Shown piece after piece: positions 47,075-51,211 of a DNA stretch of 51,211 bases. Under the pieces are notes generated by a model. That model ran no database searches and had not been told where the DNA came from. It saw nothing but the letters and a program-made list of their open reading frames with translations. This DNA comes from Octopus bimaculoides (Eukaryota): the NCBI RefSeq assembly GCF_001194135.2, contig NC_069006.1:13446401-13497611 (forward strand), given 5' to 3'. The translations under genes and the position numbers were made by a program. Positions within the stretch are counted from its first letter, which is position 1, and the number at the start of each line of letters is the position of its first letter.

Positions 47075-47215
47075 ACTAGATCGACCCTAGTATGTGACTG
47101 GTACTTATTTTATCAATCCCAGAAGGATGAAAGGTAAAGTCCACCTTGGCAAGATTTGAAATCAGAAGATGAAGAGGTGTAACTAACATTTTGGCCATTG
47201 CTCCACTGATTCGGA
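47075..47215 (-). mobile_element. SINE family A
   Basis: ctggtacttattttatcaatcccagaaggatgaaaggtaaagtc. Confidence 0.8.
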
Positions 47216-47334
47216 TATTCCTCTTAGCTGAAGAAGAAGAATGACAATTTGACCCACAAATAGTTAAGAAGGAAGACAAAAGAAAATAAAAAAAAATAGA
47301 TGTATATAATCCTCTTAAGTACAAGATGGTTCGA

Positions 47335-47620
47335 CTGTGGAAACTGAAGGAAGTGAAGATAGTGGCAGTTATTGTTGGGGTTTTAGGGGACAGTATCAGA
47401 AGGCAATCAAGAGGAATATAAAGGAAATTGGAACAGAGTGCCCAGTAGAGCTGTTACAAAAGGTTTGCTTTCTTGGCATGGCCAAAATCATCAGGAAAGT
47501 ATTAGTTGAAGAGAACAAATAGCATGGTACTAGAGGCTGCGGGTAGCAAACCTTCTACTCATGCAAGACTCCAAGAGTTCCAACAAAACCCCCAAGTTAA
47601 AAGAATAATGATAATAATCA
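47335..47620 (+). mobile_element. 3' end of an R4/NeSL-type (restriction-like endonuclease) non-LTR retrotransposon with (TAA)n tail
   Basis: LWKLKEVKIVAVIVGVLG (frameshift) KRNIKEIGTECPVELLQKVCFLGMAKIIRKVL*, typical of ...VVPIVIGALG...LLQK.CLLGTARIIRKVL. Confidence 0.75.
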
Positions 47621-47879
47621 TATGAAATGATTATTGTGAGGACATGACACCAGAGGTGAACAAGTGATTAGAAGATTGGTTGCTGTGACCATCACTACTA
47701 AAATAGGGTTATTGGTAAGGACAGCCTACTTAATGCACTTAATCGTAAAGGGGGTACAAGAGGTTTACGACAGTTCGGTTTCGGTCCAATTGCTGCCGTG
47801 GATTTAGTTTTAGAACTGGTTCAATCATATTTCTAGATTTGAAATGTTGGAACAACCAACTACATCAACCTCACCATTT

Positions 47880-48025
47880 CAATGGTTTCTCTATTTGATG
47901 AACACTGAAAGGATGAAGAGCCAAGTTAACCTGAATGAGATTTGAACCTAAAATGTAAAAACACAAACAGAAAAAGGTGCAAACCATATTGTCTGATGCT
48001 CTACCAATTCTGCCAACTCAATGCC
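47880..48025 (-). mobile_element. SINE family A, old copy
   Basis: gaaaggatgaa...gatttgaacct...ctaccaattctgccaactc. Confidence 0.6.
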
Positions 48026-49137
48026 TTTGTGATATTCCAAAGACTTAAGTAACTCACTATCCCCACCACCAGACATAAAACTGAAATATTTTAAAGAGCA
48101 GAAGAAAACGAGAATCTGTGACATTCATCCCTTTTCCCAATAACATTAATGATGTAATTTGTGTCAGATTTAAGAAGTAATTTTCATTGAGAGTTTCAAT
48201 AAGATGATAAATGTAGCGTGTCCCCTAAATTTAGGCCCACACTACAGGCCCCATCACTATTATGGTAATTCCTTATGCCTGTTTATAGAAAGAAATAAGA
48301 TAAGTTTATGGCCTTTCTTGATAATATGAAGGACATAGGAGAGGAAATTGGACTGAATGAAAGAAATTGAAAACCCAAATCACAGACTCAGCTTATTTCT
48401 TGCTTCACAGCAATCAACAGTAAATATCTTACAAAGGTACAAAACTTCAGCTTATATATATATATATATATATCTATATGAGAAAGAAAGAAGAAAGGAG
48501 AAAATTGAATGTTGTGGTAGTCATGCCTTTACAAAGAGTTCTGGCTGGAGAATGAAAACCAGGTTGCAGCTCTTTTTTTTTTTGTCAACAACACAGTACC
48601 ACTGTGACAAGTAGTAGTAGTAATAATAATAATAATAATAATAATAGTAATAGTAATAATGGGATTAAGGAGATGTAAAGGTTTTGTGCTAAAAGCCTTC
48701 ACGTATTAAAGATTTTTGTGGGACTTGACACAGGAAGTGTCAAGTCCTGCCTTTCACAAGTGCATTAGTGAGATCAAATGAGATGAGGTGAGAACAGTTC
48801 TACTATAGAATCAAAGGGACTTGAGAAACAATGGTACCTCATACTGTGAAGATGATGATGATGATGATGATAGTAACAATAATAATAATTATCTTGATGA
48901 TGATGTTAATAGAATTAGCGAAGAGGGAGGGTTGGGGAAACAATGAAATTAATTAATTAATCATTTCTTTTTTTTTTCTTTTTTTTTTGTCAAAAAATAA
49001 AATAGAATTTTGTTTCAAACACTTTCTTTTACTTTCTCAGGAAAAAATATCCAATCTATTTTTGCTTTGTTTTGTTTNNNNNNNNNNNNNNNNNNNNNNN
49101 NNNNNNNNNNNNNNNNNNNNNNNNNNNNNNNNNNNNG

Positions 49138-49172
<35 letters not shown>

Positions 49173-49520
49173 TACTTTTTTGTTTTGTTTTTTTTGGTTT
49201 TTTTTGTAATTTCATCACATGAGATTGAAGATATAGGAAGGGCAGGAATTGATCCTGTGGCACAGCATTAACACCAGCAGCAGCAGCAGCAGCAATGACA
49301 GCAGCAGTAGCAGCATACTCAAAGTTGTTTGGATCCTGGTAAAGACAGAGAGATTGTAAAGCACAACAAATACAAGACAGACATGTGTAGGTGGGAAAGA
49401 AGCAGTTAAAACAGTGAAATAATAGGAGAGAGAGAGAGAGAGAGAGAAGATTAAAGATTAGAAGAGAGATAAAGAATAAACCAGTCTGTTGAATATTGAT
49501 GAGACATTACTATTAATACT

Positions 49521-49950
49521 GGAGGTGCAATGGCCCAGTGGTTAGGGCGGCGGACTCGCAGTCGTAGGATCGCGGTTTCGATTCCCAGACCTGGCATTGT
49601 GAGTGTTTATTGAGCGAAAACACCTAAAGCTCCGGCAGGGGATGGTGGCGAACCCTGCTGTACTCTTTCTCCCACTCCATCTTTCTGTTTTTGTTGTACC
49701 TGTATTTTAAAGGGGCCAGCCTTGTCACACTGTGTCACGCTGATTATCCCCGAGAACTACGTTAAGGGTACACGTGTCTGTGGAGTGCTCAGCCACTTGC
49801 ACGTTAANNNNNNNNNNGAACTACGTTAAGGGTACACGTGTCTGTGGAGTGCTCAGCCACTTGCACATCAATTTCACGAGCAGGCTGTTCCGTTGATCGG
49901 ATCGACTGGAACCTTCGACGCCGTAAGCGACAGAGTGCCAACAACAACAA
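49521..49950 (+). mobile_element. Young full-length tRNA-headed SINE (family E) with (CAA)n tail and 11-bp TSD
   Basis: TSD actattaatac (49509-49519 / 49950-49960), CpG-rich, head ggaggtgcaatggcccagtggttagg...ggtttcgattccc. Confidence 0.9.
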
Positions 49951-50169
49951 CTATTAATACAGGGTGACAGTGATATGTAGAAATAGAAACTTGTTCCCTG
50001 TTCAAATATGTTTGAGGCATTTTTGGACCCATCAGAAATCCATTCGTTGTATTTTGTAATGGATATATTATGGGTATGTGTGTGTGTGTGTGTGTGTGTG
50101 TATATTATGGGTACGCAACCAGCAAACAGCCACATAGATATTACAATAATATATATGTACATATATTAT

Positions 50170-50517
50170 GCCGTTGTTTCAGCCATTTGTCTGCAGCCAT
50201 GCTGGAGCACCGCCTTAAAGAGTGTTAGTTGAAGAAATCAACCCCAGGACTTATTCTTTGTAAACCTAGTACTTATTCTATCTCTTTTGCTGAACTGCTA
50301 AGTTACGGAGACATAAACATATCAGCATTGGTTATCAAGCAATGGTGGGGGGAACAAACACTGACACACAAATATATACATATATGACAGGCTTCTTCCA
50401 GTTTCCATCTAACAAATCCACTCACAAGGCTTTGGTTGGCCCAAGGTGTTATGCAGTGGGACTGAACCTGGAACCATGTGGTTGGAAAGCAAGCTTCTTA
50501 CCACACAGCCATGCCTG
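50170..50517 (-). mobile_element. SINE family B, near full length
   Basis: Runs from gtttcagccatttg.ctgcagccatgctggagcaccgcc to accacacagccatgcct. Confidence 0.88.
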
Positions 50518-50796
50518 TATATACAATATATACATATACAAGTGTGTGTGGTACTAGCAATGAATTTGAAGTTTCCACAAATAAAAAAGAAAAATAGCAT
50601 TCAAACAAAAAATAAAACAAAAGAATGAATGAGGCTTACTGTGTTTCAATCCTTGGCCTTGGGTGATTTTTTACTTCTATTCAAATATACAAATAAACAG
50701 GCTAAAGGATGACTCAGATGCCCAATGAAATACAACGACGAGTAGACCTGTGAACAATAAATAATAATAATATTAATAATAATAATAATAATAATA

Positions 50797-51211
50797 CTTG
50801 AGGAATTTGATGAGAGGGAGGAGGAGCTACAAACTTGTGACATAGAGGGCAACTGGGAATTCCTGCAGGACAGCTTGCTGAGTGCCACAGACCAAATCTG
50901 TGGGCAGTGTGAAGTCCCAACCAGACCTAGGTTGCTGTGGTGGTGGAACGATGCGGTAGTCAGGGCCATTAGAGCAAAGAAACGGGACTGGAAGAGTGGG
51001 GGCAGCAGGGAACTGTATCAGATAGCCAGAAGGGAAGCTAAGAAACAGGTATATCTAGCCAAGGGAGAAGCAGAAAAGAAGTTTGCCCATGTTCAGCATC
51101 GTGGGGACCAAAGAACTGAAGTATTTCTGATTGCAAGACGGTGTGCGAGAGAAAATTGTGATGCCATAAGAGAGAAATGTGTTTGCATGGATCATATACT
51201 TGCATTTAATA
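50797..51211 (+). mobile_element. RTE LINE ORF fragment (endonuclease-RT linker), open to the window end
   Basis: 138 codons without a stop: LEEFDEREEEL...WEFLQDSLLSATDQICG...WWWNDAVVRAIRAKKRDWKSGGSRELYQIARREAKKQVYLAKGEAEKK...EVFLIARRCARENCD. It has no stop inside the window, so it is absent from the ORF track. Confidence 0.85.

Larger units (their letters stand above)
4354..49817. other. Thirteen assembly gaps: 4354-4463, 11276-11377, 13370-14366, 16221-17031, 23259-23920, 28002-28257, 31037-31619, 32704-33255, 34536-34839, 45592-45691, 46289-46385, 49078-49136, 49808-49817
   Basis: N runs, mostly flanked by microsatellites. Confidence 0.99.

Noticed and set aside
47640-47750. KIGLLVRTAYL, a possible second R4-like C-terminus
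   Set aside because: Too short and diverged to call without a search.
49521-49595. tRNA gene (and similar SINE heads elsewhere)
   Set aside because: It has A/B boxes but no complete cloverleaf, and it is continuous with a SINE body, tail and TSD.
49757-49867. Direct repeat of about 50 bp inside SINE E
   Set aside because: The identical copies flank a 10-N gap, which is typical of an unmerged contig overlap.
1-51211. CRISPR arrays, rRNA genes and prokaryotic operons or defence systems
   Set aside because: The window is eukaryotic; there are no regularly spaced repeat-spacer units or rRNA-like sequence.

Overview
Animal (eukaryotic) genomic DNA: AT-rich, dense in TA/CA/GA microsatellites, with 13 N-gaps totalling about 4.6 kb. 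The SINE/RTE/Penelope repertoire resembles a cephalopod (octopus-like) genome; this is an inference, as no search was run. The only host gene I can support is a + strand TMEM26-like membrane protein gene with three visible coding exons (31678-31843, 33419-33628, 36434-37186) that splice in frame. The expected first coding exon is not visible. The rest is transposon debris: tRNA-headed SINEs, RTE LINE fragments, an R4/NeSL-like 3' end, four Tc1/mariner relics and several Penelope-like elements (PLEs). The most notable signal is absent from the ORF track. At least seven hammerhead-ribozyme (HHR) motifs, with mostly unrelated flanking sequences, occur on both strands. Nearly all have a palindromic or near-palindromic stem III, and most sit in short TA-microsatellite-anchored elements or head-to-head fold-back duplications; one appears to be a U3-A8 core covariant. 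All structures were folded by eye and activity is untested.
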